IMG/VR virus record: IMGVR_UViG_3300044656_000027
Span: 1 to 64,000 of that record
DNA from: a virus
Taxonomy: Duplodnaviria > Caudoviricetes
Reading direction: 5' to 3' (one strand)
Length of the DNA stretch: 64,000 bases
The translations under genes were made by a program, and so were the position numbers. Positions 1-8,177 of this stretch are shown here, piece by piece (the stretch's first letter is position 1; each line of letters begins with the position of its first letter). The notes beneath the pieces were generated by a model. That model worked only from the letters and a program-made list of their open reading frames with translations. It was not told where the DNA came from and ran no database searches.

Positions 1-35
1 TATCGCCAGGGCACTCTTGGAAGCATATCTCTTCA

Positions 36-596
36 TTACTTTCCTAGCTCTGTACGAACACTCTGATGGTACGGGCAGTATTCACAGATGAAAGACTTAC
101 GAATCTTTGTCTCGTCGTATGTAGGCAAACCAGCCTTTCTACGCTCTTGATTGGTGTTTGGCTTGATCTCCATCTTGTGATCGAGATAGTCCGTACACTT
201 AGGCTGCGTGTTGGACTTGAATGCAGGATTCCCGTGACGCTTATAGCATTCCATAGCGTCAGACTTGAAAGTGTTCTGAGTGGCATAGAATTCGTCATCG
301 AATCCACTCTTGCCCATTCCTTCCAGAAGCTTGTGCTTGATCTGCTTCTGGTACTCAGGGTCCTTCCAGTGACGAGTCGGAACGAATGCCAGTGCTGCCC
401 ACTCCAGAATGAAGCGGTCCTCAAATGATGGGTGGCGACGTAAGTGTGTCGCGATAATGTGGTCAATGCGAGGATCGTTATCAGCGTTATCTGGATCGTA
501 ATCCGGAATCTCTTCTATAACATTACAAGGGTGGCAAAAGATTAAGCCTGTCTTGTGAACCGTCTTATCCTTATATGGATCGAATGAGTCAGTCAT
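36..596 (-). CDS. Hypothetical metal-binding protein
   Basis: 186 aa; CHPC near the N-terminus and CEYCPYH at the C-terminus; candidate promoter upstream. Confidence 0.6.
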   Translation of the reverse strand: MTDSFDPYKDKTVHKTGLIFCHPCNVIEEIPDYDPDNADNDPRIDHIIATHLRRHPSFEDRFILEWAALAFVPTRHWKDPEYQKQIKHKLLEGMGKSGFDDEFYATQNTFKSDAMECYKRHGNPAFKSNTQPKCTDYLDHKMEIKPNTNQERRKAGLPTYDETKIRKSFICEYCPYHQSVRTELGK

Positions 597-628
597 TTAA
601 GCCTTCCGAGTTGTTTCTTGACTTCCTT

Positions 629-657
629 ACTATAACAGAAAAGCCCCTACAAGTCTA
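629..657 (-). promoter_or_regulatory. Sigma70-type promoter overlapping the terminator
   Basis: TAGACT-17 nt-TATAGT on the minus strand. Confidence 0.45.
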
Positions 658-677
658 ATTAAAGACTCATAGGGGCT
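638..677 (-). terminator. Intrinsic terminator after rpf
   Basis: AGCCCCTATGAGTCT-TTAATT-AGACTTGTAGGGGCT followed by TTTC. Confidence 0.8.
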
Positions 678-682
678 AATCG

Positions 683-1321
<639 letters not shown>

Positions 1322-1864
1322 TTAGTTAATTCGTCCGTAGGAACTAGGTGTTCCGTCGTACCAGATTGGATCGATCTCAACGGAATCTCCGGTATGCGGA
1401 GCGTTGAGGAACTTACCATTCCCCACGTAAATCCCTACGTGATAGGCAGGCCATCCGAAGAAGACCAGATCACCAGGGCGAGGAGAGTACACACGGTGTG
1501 CGTAGTTCTGCTGCTCTCCCGCAGTGCGAGGAATGTGCTTCCCTGCCTTGCGGTAAGAGTAGTACACAAGTCCAGAACAGTCAAAGGACCAAGGTCCAGT
1601 AGCACCCCAACTGTATGGAGCACCTGTCTTAGACTCTGCGATCTTCAATGCGCGCAGCTCCAACGGTAGCACCCGAGTTGCGTTGTTGGCAACCTGCGGA
1701 GCGGCCATAGGCTTAGTAACCTTTGGAGCGACATTCGCGAAAGTAGGCAGCGCGTAACCTACGGTAGAACGAGTAGTGGCGTGCGACTGAGGGATTGGTC
1801 CCAACAGGGCCACGGAGCTTAGCGTAAGAGTTGCAATGGCACGCTTGAATATCTTCCCGGACAT
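1322..1864 (-). CDS. Secreted NlpC/P60 peptidoglycan endopeptidase
   Basis: Signal peptide; PYSWGATGP..FDCSGL, PGDLVFF, HVGIYVG motifs; start placed at ATG 1864 behind AGGAAGGA. Confidence 0.92.
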   Translation of the reverse strand: MSGKIFKRAIATLTLSSVALLGPIPQSHATTRSTVGYALPTFANVAPKVTKPMAAPQVANNATRVLPLELRALKIAESKTGAPYSWGATGPWSFDCSGLVYYSYRKAGKHIPRTAGEQQNYAHRVYSPRPGDLVFFGWPAYHVGIYVGNGKFLNAPHTGDSVEIDPIWYDGTPSSYGRIN

Positions 1865-1885
1865 TGCTGTCCTTCCTGTAGACAA

Positions 1886-1937
1886 TAAGGCCAGTCGCTA
1901 CAGATCAATTGTCTTGATTCTGTAACAACTGGCCTTA
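1886..1937 (-). promoter_or_regulatory. Long leader hairpin of the NlpC/P60-rpf operon
   Basis: TAAGGCCAGTTGTTACAG-A-ATCAA-GACAA-TTGAT-CTGTAGCGACTGGCCTTA; the arm mismatches are G-U compatible on the minus strand. Confidence 0.7.
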
Positions 1938-1966
1938 GCCTATCAGTACCTCTGAGAGCCTGTCAA
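1937..1966 (-). promoter_or_regulatory. Housekeeping-sigma promoter
   Basis: TTGACA-18 nt-TAGGCT. Confidence 0.75.
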
Positions 1967-1988
1967 GCGAGTAGCTGTGGTGCATGTA

Positions 1989-2279
1989 CTACCAGGAGCT
2001 TGATTGAGCATCACTGGACAAAGAGCTCAGTCTGTTCATGTAGTAGTCAGGCATAGCGGAACGCTTGCCAGCCTGCCCAGGAATCAGTTGGTCACGCTTC
2101 TCACCGATGCCATAGGTTTGTAGGTTCAGATCCTCGCGCAGATCATAAGTCAAGTTCTGCGTTCCAGGCGTAGCGTCTACAATGGAACACTCCGTATCTG
2201 GACGAACCTTCTTATATCTACCATCTGTAGAGCCTTCATGAAGGCTTGCATTCATTGATCTTAGCTGTGGGTATGCCAT
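1989..2279 (-). CDS. Hypothetical protein, possibly virion-associated
   Basis: 96 aa; last gene of the spoVS-led cluster. Confidence 0.6.
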   Translation of the reverse strand: MAYPQLRSMNASLHEGSTDGRYKKVRPDTECSIVDATPGTQNLTYDLREDLNLQTYGIGEKRDQLIPGQAGKRSAMPDYYMNRLSSLSSDAQSSSW

Positions 2280-2280
2280 A

Positions 2281-2436
2281 TTACTTCGCCTTCTTAGGTC
2301 TTCCAGCCTTGCCCTTAACGACCTTCACAGCCTTAGGAGCCTTGTACTTTGATGCTGTTGGAGTCTTCACAACAGTTGGATTCTTAGCCGTACCACTCTG
2401 TCTCTTATCATCGGCACGGCGTGGTGCATCTGCCAT
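2281..2436 (-). CDS. Small Lys-rich protein with AT-hook-like KAGRPKK (not in ORF track)
   Basis: Manual translation MADAPRRADDKRQSGTAKNPTVVKTPTASKYKAPKAVKVVKGKAGRPKKAK; TAAGGA RBS; fills the gap between neighbours exactly. Confidence 0.75.
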   Translation of the reverse strand: MADAPRRADDKRQSGTAKNPTVVKTPTASKYKAPKAVKVVKGKAGRPKKAK

Positions 2437-2447
2437 TTTAATAGTCC

Positions 2448-2789
2448 TTAAGTATTGATGCTTGGATTTTGCGGATAGCTAGTTCCCATGTACCCGCTCT
2501 CTGTACCACCATAATCACCGAAGTTAGCAGCAAAGGAATCATCTACTACGAGAATATCCGCAATGCCAGGTGGTGTTCTGTCATAGCCGAATCGATTAGG
2601 AGTCTTCCCGATATTGGGAATTGGCGGCTTAATCACATCAGCAACCGTTGAAGCAGCAGTAGCCAATTGAATATGGACTAATTCCTCTTGTAGAGACTGA
2701 AACGGTCTGGAGTAGTTATAGATCGTCTGATTCTCTTGTTGGCGCTTTAGTGGATCGTAATCAGTATTCTGTCTAGACACTTCTACCAC
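2448..2789 (-). CDS. Hypothetical protein
   Basis: About 113 aa; overlaps the upstream gene; start uncertain. Confidence 0.6.
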   Translation of the reverse strand: MVEVSRQNTDYDPLKRQQENQTIYNYSRPFQSLQEELVHIQLATAASTVADVIKPPIPNIGKTPNRFGYDRTPPGIADILVVDDSFAANFGDYGGTESGYMGTSYPQNPSINT

Positions 2790-3333
2790 TTCCAGTCCAG
2801 CCAGGGAGGTTGATGGCTCTGTGGAATGCTCTTACTTCTGGAGATACAACCTTCATCTGAGGATCTACTGCGATATTCAATTCCTCAGCCAGCTTAGCGG
2901 CTTCGGCATTAGTGATGTACTTTCCACCATGAGCCAAACGCTCCAGTGGATTGCCTTGTGCAGCGAAACGCTTTGTAGAGCCTTCTAAGCGCGCTTCAAT
3001 GGTTGAGAAGGGTGTAAGGTCATCGGGCCAGAAATAGTCCGTAGGAGCGATTCTGGAGCCCTTGTGGACCCCTCTGGAGTAGGAGCGTGCGTTGTTGCGG
3101 ACAGTCTGTAGAAGCTTGTCCTGTCTACGGTCGATAACAGAGCCCAGATAACCGTCAGGATATTGAGCTTCTGGTGTCTTTCCCGTAGCTGCTGCAAGTC
3201 TTGCATCAAGAATGGAGCGGAATCCCGAAATTGGGAGTCCTCCACCTCCACCATATTGGGTAACAGAACCCTGCTGTCCAACTGGTGGGTTGTACATAAT
3301 ATTGTTATTGCCGACATTAGGGTTCTGTGGCAT
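2773..3333 (-). CDS. Hypothetical protein, possibly virion-associated
   Basis: 186 aa; Gly/Asn-rich N-terminus; TAAGGA RBS. Confidence 0.65.
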   Translation of the reverse strand: MPQNPNVGNNNIMYNPPVGQQGSVTQYGGGGGLPISGFRSILDARLAAATGKTPEAQYPDGYLGSVIDRRQDKLLQTVRNNARSYSRGVHKGSRIAPTDYFWPDDLTPFSTIEARLEGSTKRFAAQGNPLERLAHGGKYITNAEAAKLAEELNIAVDPQMKVVSPEVRAFHRAINLPGWTGSGRSV

Positions 3334-3335
3334 GG

Positions 3336-3620
3336 TTATTCCTTATTCTTCTTAGCCGCTAGAGAAGCGGATACTGCTCCGTAATCGGTAGCAAAGTTGG
3401 CATATAGGCTAACTAGGACAAGGTAAAGCACACTTGCCGATGCCCATAAACCAGGAAAGACAAAGAATACGAATAATGCAACGCAGAAATTCACAATCCA
3501 GAAGTACGAAGCGAACTTGTGAATCTTGAACTGTAGTTCTGCGTCTGTCTCGAATCTTTCCTTATCCTTGGCCAAGGCACGGAAGAGAGCTAATACCCAT
3601 CCGTGTCTGGTCGTAAACAT
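3336..3620 (-). CDS. Small membrane protein
   Basis: Two hydrophobic segments; TAATG coupling to the upstream gene. Confidence 0.65.
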   Translation of the reverse strand: MFTTRHGWVLALFRALAKDKERFETDAELQFKIHKFASYFWIVNFCVALFVFFVFPGLWASASVLYLVLVSLYANFATDYGAVSASLAAKKNKE

Positions 3621-3940
3621 TAAAATGATCTCCCGTACTTTGCCTTAGCGCGGAATGAGTCTGTCCAGGAGCCACGAGAAGGCATCTTAAGGACGTGCTG
3701 ACCTGTCTTGGCTGGCTCTGTAGAGTTAGGCTCACTCATCTTCATGACAGGGTGCAGGGAGGCTCCCATACGCTCATATGCCATGCTTCTGTTGCTCTTG
3801 TGGGCTAGATCCCCTTGACCGCTCATTCCGCCCTTACGCGGACGGCTACGGCCTCTCTCAGGCTTGGCTACGTGAGCTAGCTGAGCAGCAGAGGTACCCA
3901 TAGTAGGGAATGCTCCCGTACCTGGTTCTGTTGAAGTCAT
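3620..3940 (-). CDS. Basic low-complexity protein
   Basis: 106 aa; AGGAG RBS. Confidence 0.6.
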   Translation of the reverse strand: MTSTEPGTGAFPTMGTSAAQLAHVAKPERGRSRPRKGGMSGQGDLAHKSNRSMAYERMGASLHPVMKMSEPNSTEPAKTGQHVLKMPSRGSWTDSFRAKAKYGRSF

Positions 3941-3948
3941 AATATCTC

Positions 3949-4173
3949 CTAGTAATTGCTTAGTGCTCTGTTAGCTGAATAAGTAAGGCCGCTCATACCA
4001 TTTTGACTAGCCCCAACAGGGGACAGAACAGAGCTTGGCTGGTATGCATTCAATACGGGTGGTGGAGCTTGCTTTACTACGTAATTGGCTCCGCTGCTCC
4101 CGCTCAAGGCACCAGAGAATTCGGCACCTCTGGATTGAAAATTGGCCCCGTTACGAAAGTCTGTTCCGGGCAT
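3949..4173 (-). CDS. Small Gly/Ser-rich protein
   Basis: 74 aa; TAAGGA RBS. Confidence 0.6.
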   Translation of the reverse strand: MPGTDFRNGANFQSRGAEFSGALSGSSGANYVVKQAPPPVLNAYQPSSVLSPVGASQNGMSGLTYSANRALSNY

Positions 4174-4183
4174 AAGTTAATCC

Positions 4184-4474
4184 TTAGTCAACGATAATCT
4201 TAAAAGTCAATGCACTGATCTCGCCATCGGCCATCTCAACAGTAGTGAAGCCAGGTCGGCAGCTAAGGACTCTTCCGCGTGGTCCTACGAAGCTCTGAGC
4301 AATGGCTACAGCCTTCATGGACTGATTGACCGCAGCAGCACCAATTGCGCGTAGAGTGACCTCACGTCCGTCATACACGTTGTTGGCAATAGCAGCAGCA
4401 AGGTTGGAAGCTGATGAAGAGGACTTTACCTTTAGTAATACCTCATTGTTAGTCAATTCCATTTGATTCTCCAT
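4184..4474 (-). CDS. spoVS: SpoVS-family (Alba-fold) protein
   Basis: LKVKSSS...LAAAIA...V.LRAIGAAAVNQSMKAVAIA....G..L...PGF matches the SpoVS pattern; start may be the second ATG at 4462. Confidence 0.9.
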   Translation of the reverse strand: MENQMELTNNEVLLKVKSSSSASNLAAAIANNVYDGREVTLRAIGAAAVNQSMKAVAIAQSFVGPRGRVLSCRPGFTTVEMADGEISALTFKIIVD

Positions 4475-4499
4475 ATGTGGTTCAGTATATGTTTCTTTG

Positions 4500-4546
4500 A
4501 TTATAAAGCAAAAGAGCCTTCCCCATAATTCTACAGGAAAGGCTCT
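4500..4546 (-). terminator. Terminator after ruvC followed directly by a TATAAT -10 box
   Basis: AGAGCCTTTCCTGTA-GAAT-TATGGGGAAGGCTCT-TTTGCTT-TATAAT. Confidence 0.7.
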
Positions 4547-4549
4547 GTA

Positions 4550-5074
4550 CTACGCTTCTGAACCATATACCGCTAAGAGGTACGCATCAGCTAGATTGTC
4601 GTTTGTGATTTCTGGATCGAATGCCTGAACCGCTTTAACCATTTGCTCTTTAGTGGCTCTTCCGGACCCAGTAGCAAATGCCTTAAGAGTTGTTGGAGCA
4701 ACGGAGGCAGGATCTCGACATAGAACGTGTCGGCAAGCAAGCTTGACGATACCTCCAAGTTCTCCAAGCTTCTCTCGATTGAGCTTCGAGCCATAAGCAT
4801 AGCCTTCCATGAATACCTTGACATTAGGGGAAAGAGATTGTGCATACGCAAAAAAGGTGACTAAGTCAGTATAGATATGCGATAATCTATCGCCTTCTCC
4901 ATCAAACTTCTTTAATTCGTATTTACGTAATGTCTTCTGATGGCAATGTCCTGTCTCATCCAACACAACAAACCCGAATCCTGAGTAAGACTGGTCAATG
5001 CCAATCACTAAGAATTCGGGCTTGTGTGGAGCATCAGGCAGTGCCTTCGTCCTTTTCGTTGACGATGGTTGCAT
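4550..5074 (-). CDS. ruvC: RuvC-like Holliday junction resolvase
   Basis: IGIDQS, FMEGY, PTTLKAFATGSGRATKEQM and DNLADA motifs. Confidence 0.9.
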   Translation of the reverse strand: MQPSSTKRTKALPDAPHKPEFLVIGIDQSYSGFGFVVLDETGHCHQKTLRKYELKKFDGEGDRLSHIYTDLVTFFAYAQSLSPNVKVFMEGYAYGSKLNREKLGELGGIVKLACRHVLCRDPASVAPTTLKAFATGSGRATKEQMVKAVQAFDPEITNDNLADAYLLAVYGSEA

Positions 5075-5195
5075 GAATGTTTCCTAGTGCTTCGTTCCAT
5101 GCTGCCTTAGTCTCTTCGCTGTGGTACTTAGCGTAGTCTTCGGCAGCCTGATCTAATAATGCTTGTGCTTCTGGGGTGATTTCCTTGTCACTCAT
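5034..5195 (-). CDS. Small acidic hypothetical protein (not in ORF track)
   Basis: 53 aa MSDKEITPEAQALLDQAAEDY...; TAATG coupling. Confidence 0.5.
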   Translation of the reverse strand: MSDKEITPEAQALLDQAAEDYAKYHSEETKAAWNEALGNIHATIVNEKDEGTA

Positions 5196-5428
5196 TATCG
5201 TGGTCTCCTAGCTACGAATAGACCGTAACCGTGGTCGTCGATCTTCTGGGCATCTTCCTCACTGACATCAGTTTGCCATGCTCGGTGGTGCTGTGTCAAG
5301 AGGTTACGAGTGTACTGCTTCTCGTTGTGGAGCTTGCCGAACTGAATGATGTCACCTTGATAACGGTGAATGGAGTACATGGAAGAGCCATCAGACTTCT
5401 TCCACTCTTGCGCCCATACTCTAGGCAT
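5195..5428 (-). CDS. Hypothetical protein
   Basis: MPRVWAQEW start behind AGGAGG. Confidence 0.6.
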   Translation of the reverse strand: MPRVWAQEWKKSDGSSMYSIHRYQGDIIQFGKLHNEKQYTRNLLTQHHRAWQTDVSEEDAQKIDDHGYGLFVARRPR

Positions 5429-5436
5429 TGCTCCTC

Positions 5437-5910
5437 CTAAATGAAATTCAAATTCCAACAAATATCGGGATCTTCCATACGAGGATTAACCTTGCGGAAC
5501 TTATAGATTTCAGGAATACCAAGCTGGTACCAGTCAGGTCCAAGCTTCTGCACCAGCATTTGTACTGTTCCACCAGGCTTATCATGAATCATAAAGGTGG
5601 TATCCAAGTAAGGAATGTCTTCCTTGTTAACTGCGGCTGCCCAGGGAACGGTGTAGAAACTATCACCAGTAACCATATCCTTGATGGTGCGCTGAATACG
5701 GCTCTTGAGAACCTTCGGCTTATCTGTAGGGGTGTTATCCTGCTGCTTAAGAGGACCCCCAATCACGAAATAAGGCTTCTCTTCCATGAAAGCTAGCTGA
5801 TCGGCGGTAGCCTCAGCAGCAATCTCGGAGATGTACCATTCGCCCGCCCGAATAGCGTCATACACGTTCTGATCAAAGCGCACAACTACATAGAAGGGGA
5901 AATCAGTCAT
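5437..5910 (-). CDS. Hypothetical two-domain protein; N-terminal domain duplicated upstream
   Basis: MTDFPFY start behind AAGGAG. Confidence 0.65.
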   Translation of the reverse strand: MTDFPFYVVVRFDQNVYDAIRAGEWYISEIAAEATADQLAFMEEKPYFVIGGPLKQQDNTPTDKPKVLKSRIQRTIKDMVTGDSFYTVPWAAAVNKEDIPYLDTTFMIHDKPGGTVQMLVQKLGPDWYQLGIPEIYKFRKVNPRMEDPDICWNLNFI

Positions 5911-6084
5911 TGCTCTCCTTAAGGTTAGCTCCAAATACCCTGTAAGAAGCTCCTAGCTCAAACTCAAACTGATCCTTAATCGCATTAGCGGCCATCTCAG
6001 AGGAGTACCAGTCACCTCTGAGAATAGCATCATAAACTGTCTCGCCGTCCTTAACAAGAACCCAGAAGGGGAAATCAGTCATTG
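5892..6084. repeat. 21-bp direct repeat at 5892-5912 and 6064-6084
   Basis: AGAAGGGGAAATCAGTCATTG twice, 172 bp apart. Confidence 0.9.
5903..6082 (-). CDS. 59-aa tandem paralog of the N-terminal domain of 5437..5910 (not in ORF track)
   Basis: MTDFPFWVLVKDGETVYDAILRGDWYSSEMAANAIKDQ...; 29/59 identical without gaps. Confidence 0.8.
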   Translation of the reverse strand: MTDFPFWVLVKDGETVYDAILRGDWYSSEMAANAIKDQFEFELGASYRVFGANLKESND

Positions 6085-6404
6085 TAGGTAGTCCGCATCA
6101 TCTCGTATCCAACAGCCATCTTAGCCTGCTCTGCATCTTCCACAGACTTCATGTAAGCAAACAGAACCGGGAAGAAGTTCAGCGGATCGCCTTCCTTCTC
6201 AATAGAGCTGTTCCAACGAGTACCATCCTCGTAATAAATACGGAAGGACAGATCAGTCTCGTGCCAAGAACAGGTCTCACAACCGCCTACAGTGTAGGTG
6301 TAACTCTCAGTCTCCCCGAACCATGCCTTGCTCGTCTCAATGTCGTGCTCAACTCGTAGGTACTCAACGAGTGCCTTCTCAACCAGGTCATCAGCGTAGC
6401 TCAT
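6075..6404 (-). CDS. Hypothetical protein with GGCETC motif
   Basis: 109 aa; ATGA coupling. Confidence 0.6.
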   Translation of the reverse strand: MSYADDLVEKALVEYLRVEHDIETSKAWFGETESYTYTVGGCETCSWHETDLSFRIYYEDGTRWNSSIEKEGDPLNFFPVLFAYMKSVEDAEQAKMAVGYEMMRTTYND

Positions 6405-6802
6405 GCGTAGTACCTTTCTATGTAAAGGCCAGCCTTCTCAGCCATGCCTACTGTCATCTTCGTTCCCCGACTCTGTGTCGGATCGTCCTTGCCTGTGATG
6501 AATGCTAGTACAACATCGGGCTTCATGTCAACCATCTTCTGATTGCGCGCAGCGAAGTCTCTGGGCGAAAGCTTTGTACGGCCTTCTGAGGGCTCCGCAG
6601 GGACAGGAATGACCCCATACCCACAACCCATCGCATAGGCGTAGGCAAAGGCATCTACGCCCCCTCCAGGGCTCATTCCCACAATCAGCTCAGGTGCATC
6701 CCAAGACAGTTCTAGGTGCTTGTCGATAGCTGCGAAAATGACCCCCAACGAATCAATCGTTGGGGGCCACTCGCGGCTCCCAGTAATGAGAACCTTAGTC
6801 AT
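6401..6802 (-). CDS. SLOG-family (DUF2493/YspA-like) protein
   Basis: KVLITGSREW, GGVD..A, ARNQKMVD, VLAF and SRGTKMTV..A.KAG motifs. Confidence 0.85.
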   Translation of the reverse strand: MTKVLITGSREWPPTIDSLGVIFAAIDKHLELSWDAPELIVGMSPGGGVDAFAYAYAMGCGYGVIPVPAEPSEGRTKLSPRDFAARNQKMVDMKPDVVLAFITGKDDPTQSRGTKMTVGMAEKAGLYIERYYA

Positions 6803-6932
6803 CTACTTCAAATTCCTTATCGCAATTAAAGCAGTCATATAGTTTGTATGTACGGGTTTCTTTTCCCGTAACGACCTTGTACTTGCCGAGAAAGACGGTT
6901 AAGTCAGACTCGCAATGCGGACAAGTAATCAT
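6795..6932 (-). CDS. 45-aa zinc-ribbon protein (not in ORF track)
   Basis: MITCPHCES...YDCFNCDKEFEVDD; overlaps both neighbours. Confidence 0.65.
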   Translation of the reverse strand: MITCPHCESDLTVFLGKYKVVTGKETRTYKLYDCFNCDKEFEVDD

Positions 6933-7132
6933 GACTTACGGTGCTTAGCACCCTTGTCCTTCCTATGCTTAGGACCATCCTCCATGGGACCATTTTCAAG
7001 AAGATTCTTGATCTTCTTATTGCGTGCTGCGTCCCAAGCCTTCTCAACTACATCTCGCATAGCCTTCTGATGTTCCTTACGACGCTTAATCGGGTCGTTT
7101 TCATCAACGTTCTTTCCCCCAGCAATAGCCAT
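6929..7132 (-). CDS. Small basic hypothetical protein
   Basis: 67 aa; C-terminal PKHRK and AKHRK repeats. Confidence 0.55.
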   Translation of the reverse strand: MAIAGGKNVDENDPIKRRKEHQKAMRDVVEKAWDAARNKKIKNLLENGPMEDGPKHRKDKGAKHRKS

Positions 7133-7186
7133 TACCAGAGCACCACCACTTCTATGTCGTAGAACCCTCTTCCTTCCATACGAAGA

Positions 7187-7384
7187 TCAGACATACTGCT
7201 TCACCCAGCGAGCCTTACCACCGTTGTCCAGGTCGATGACCTTGAGCATGGTGAACAGCGGCTTGATCTTCTGAGGGTTCTTCTTGTGCTTCTTCTTAGC
7301 AGCGCCGTTTCCACCAGTGCTCTTGTAACGACCCTTGGTCTTCTCGGCAGCGTACTTAGCCTTCATCCAGGTGACAGGCTCCAT
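7187..7384 (-). CDS. Small Lys-rich protein
   Basis: 65 aa; GGAGGAATAATG RBS. Confidence 0.65.
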   Translation of the reverse strand: MEPVTWMKAKYAAEKTKGRYKSTGGNGAAKKKHKKNPQKIKPLFTMLKVIDLDNGGKARWVKQYV

Positions 7385-7399
7385 TATTCCTCCATTTGG

Positions 7400-7466
7400 G
7401 TAGTTATTCCATACCCACTACTCTCTACACTTGCCAGGCAGAGAGGAATGAGTAAAGCTTAACTAC
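7400..7466 (-). ncRNA. Conserved intergenic structured element, copy 1
   Basis: GTAGTTA-AGCTT-TA-[stem-loop]-TA-TGGAA-TAACTAC. Confidence 0.75.
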
Positions 7467-7684
7467 TCGTCATCCTTCTCGAATGGGAAGTCAGCGTAGT
7501 AAAGGGGAGTCAGCGTACGCTCTACAGCGATCGTAGCATCTTCCCAACCCGCTCGGTAGTATGCCACAGCCAGGTTGTAAAGTTCAAGTCTCAGAGGATC
7601 TGTAAATGTTCCTGCCAAGTCATCAGGCAGGATAGTCTCTAAGAAGAACTGCTTACTAGGGAAGTTTGGCATTAGCTCAGTCAA
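7463..7684 (-). CDS. Hypothetical protein
   Basis: 73 aa; TTG start behind GGAGG. Confidence 0.55.
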   Translation of the reverse strand: MTELMPNFPSKQFFLETILPDDLAGTFTDPLRLELYNLAVAYYRAGWEDATIAVERTLTPLYYADFPFEKDDE

Positions 7685-8177
7685 AGGGAACCTCCAAATA
7701 GTTCATTAGATTTTTAAGTGTCATCATGTCGTCCTTGACTTTGCCAAGGACATGATTACAGTGCATACATAGCAAGCCGCGCACGCGGCCAGTAATATGG
7801 TCATGATCTATGTGCGCACTATTTGGAGAACCCTGGCGTTTATCTGTCAAATCGGTGCTACAACCAGGGCATTTCCAGTCTTGAGTGTTTCCTAGCTCTA
7901 TGAAATCTTTATAAGTAATCCCATATATTGCACAAGATCTGCAAATTTTGCAAATAGTAGCGTTCCCTCCAGTAGAGAAATCTCCTACTGGAAGAGTTCG
8001 CTCACATCTCTTACAGAAATCGGTACCTTCCCCCGATGCTCGCTTGTCCTGTAAAGTCTTGTACTTGTTTCTAGAGTATTCTCGTTCACAGTCTCTACAA
8101 CGTGCCCTGCCAGATCGGAAAGCGTCTAGTGACTTCTCTAGTTCACAAGTAGAGCATTTCTTACTGGAAAGGCTCAT
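7677..8177 (-). CDS. Endonuclease VII-family nuclease, probably a free-standing homing endonuclease
   Basis: Repeated CxxC zinc modules, then CPGC...HIDHDHITGRVRGLLCMHCN; start at MSLSSKKC. Confidence 0.88.
   Translation of the reverse strand: MSLSSKKCSTCELEKSLDAFRSGRARCRDCEREYSRNKYKTLQDKRASGEGTDFCKRCERTLPVGDFSTGGNATICKICRSCAIYGITYKDFIELGNTQDWKCPGCSTDLTDKRQGSPNSAHIDHDHITGRVRGLLCMHCNHVLGKVKDDMMTLKNLMNYLEVPFD

Noticed and set aside
3336-3620. Holin call for this or the 34507-34773 membrane protein
   Set aside because: Hydrophobic segments alone are insufficient and no canonical endolysin is adjacent.
4470-4509. GCTTTA...TATGGA upstream of spoVS resembling a fourth copy of the RNA element
   Set aside because: Neither inner nor outer stem pairs well; the words are explained by the TATAAT box and the start/RBS.
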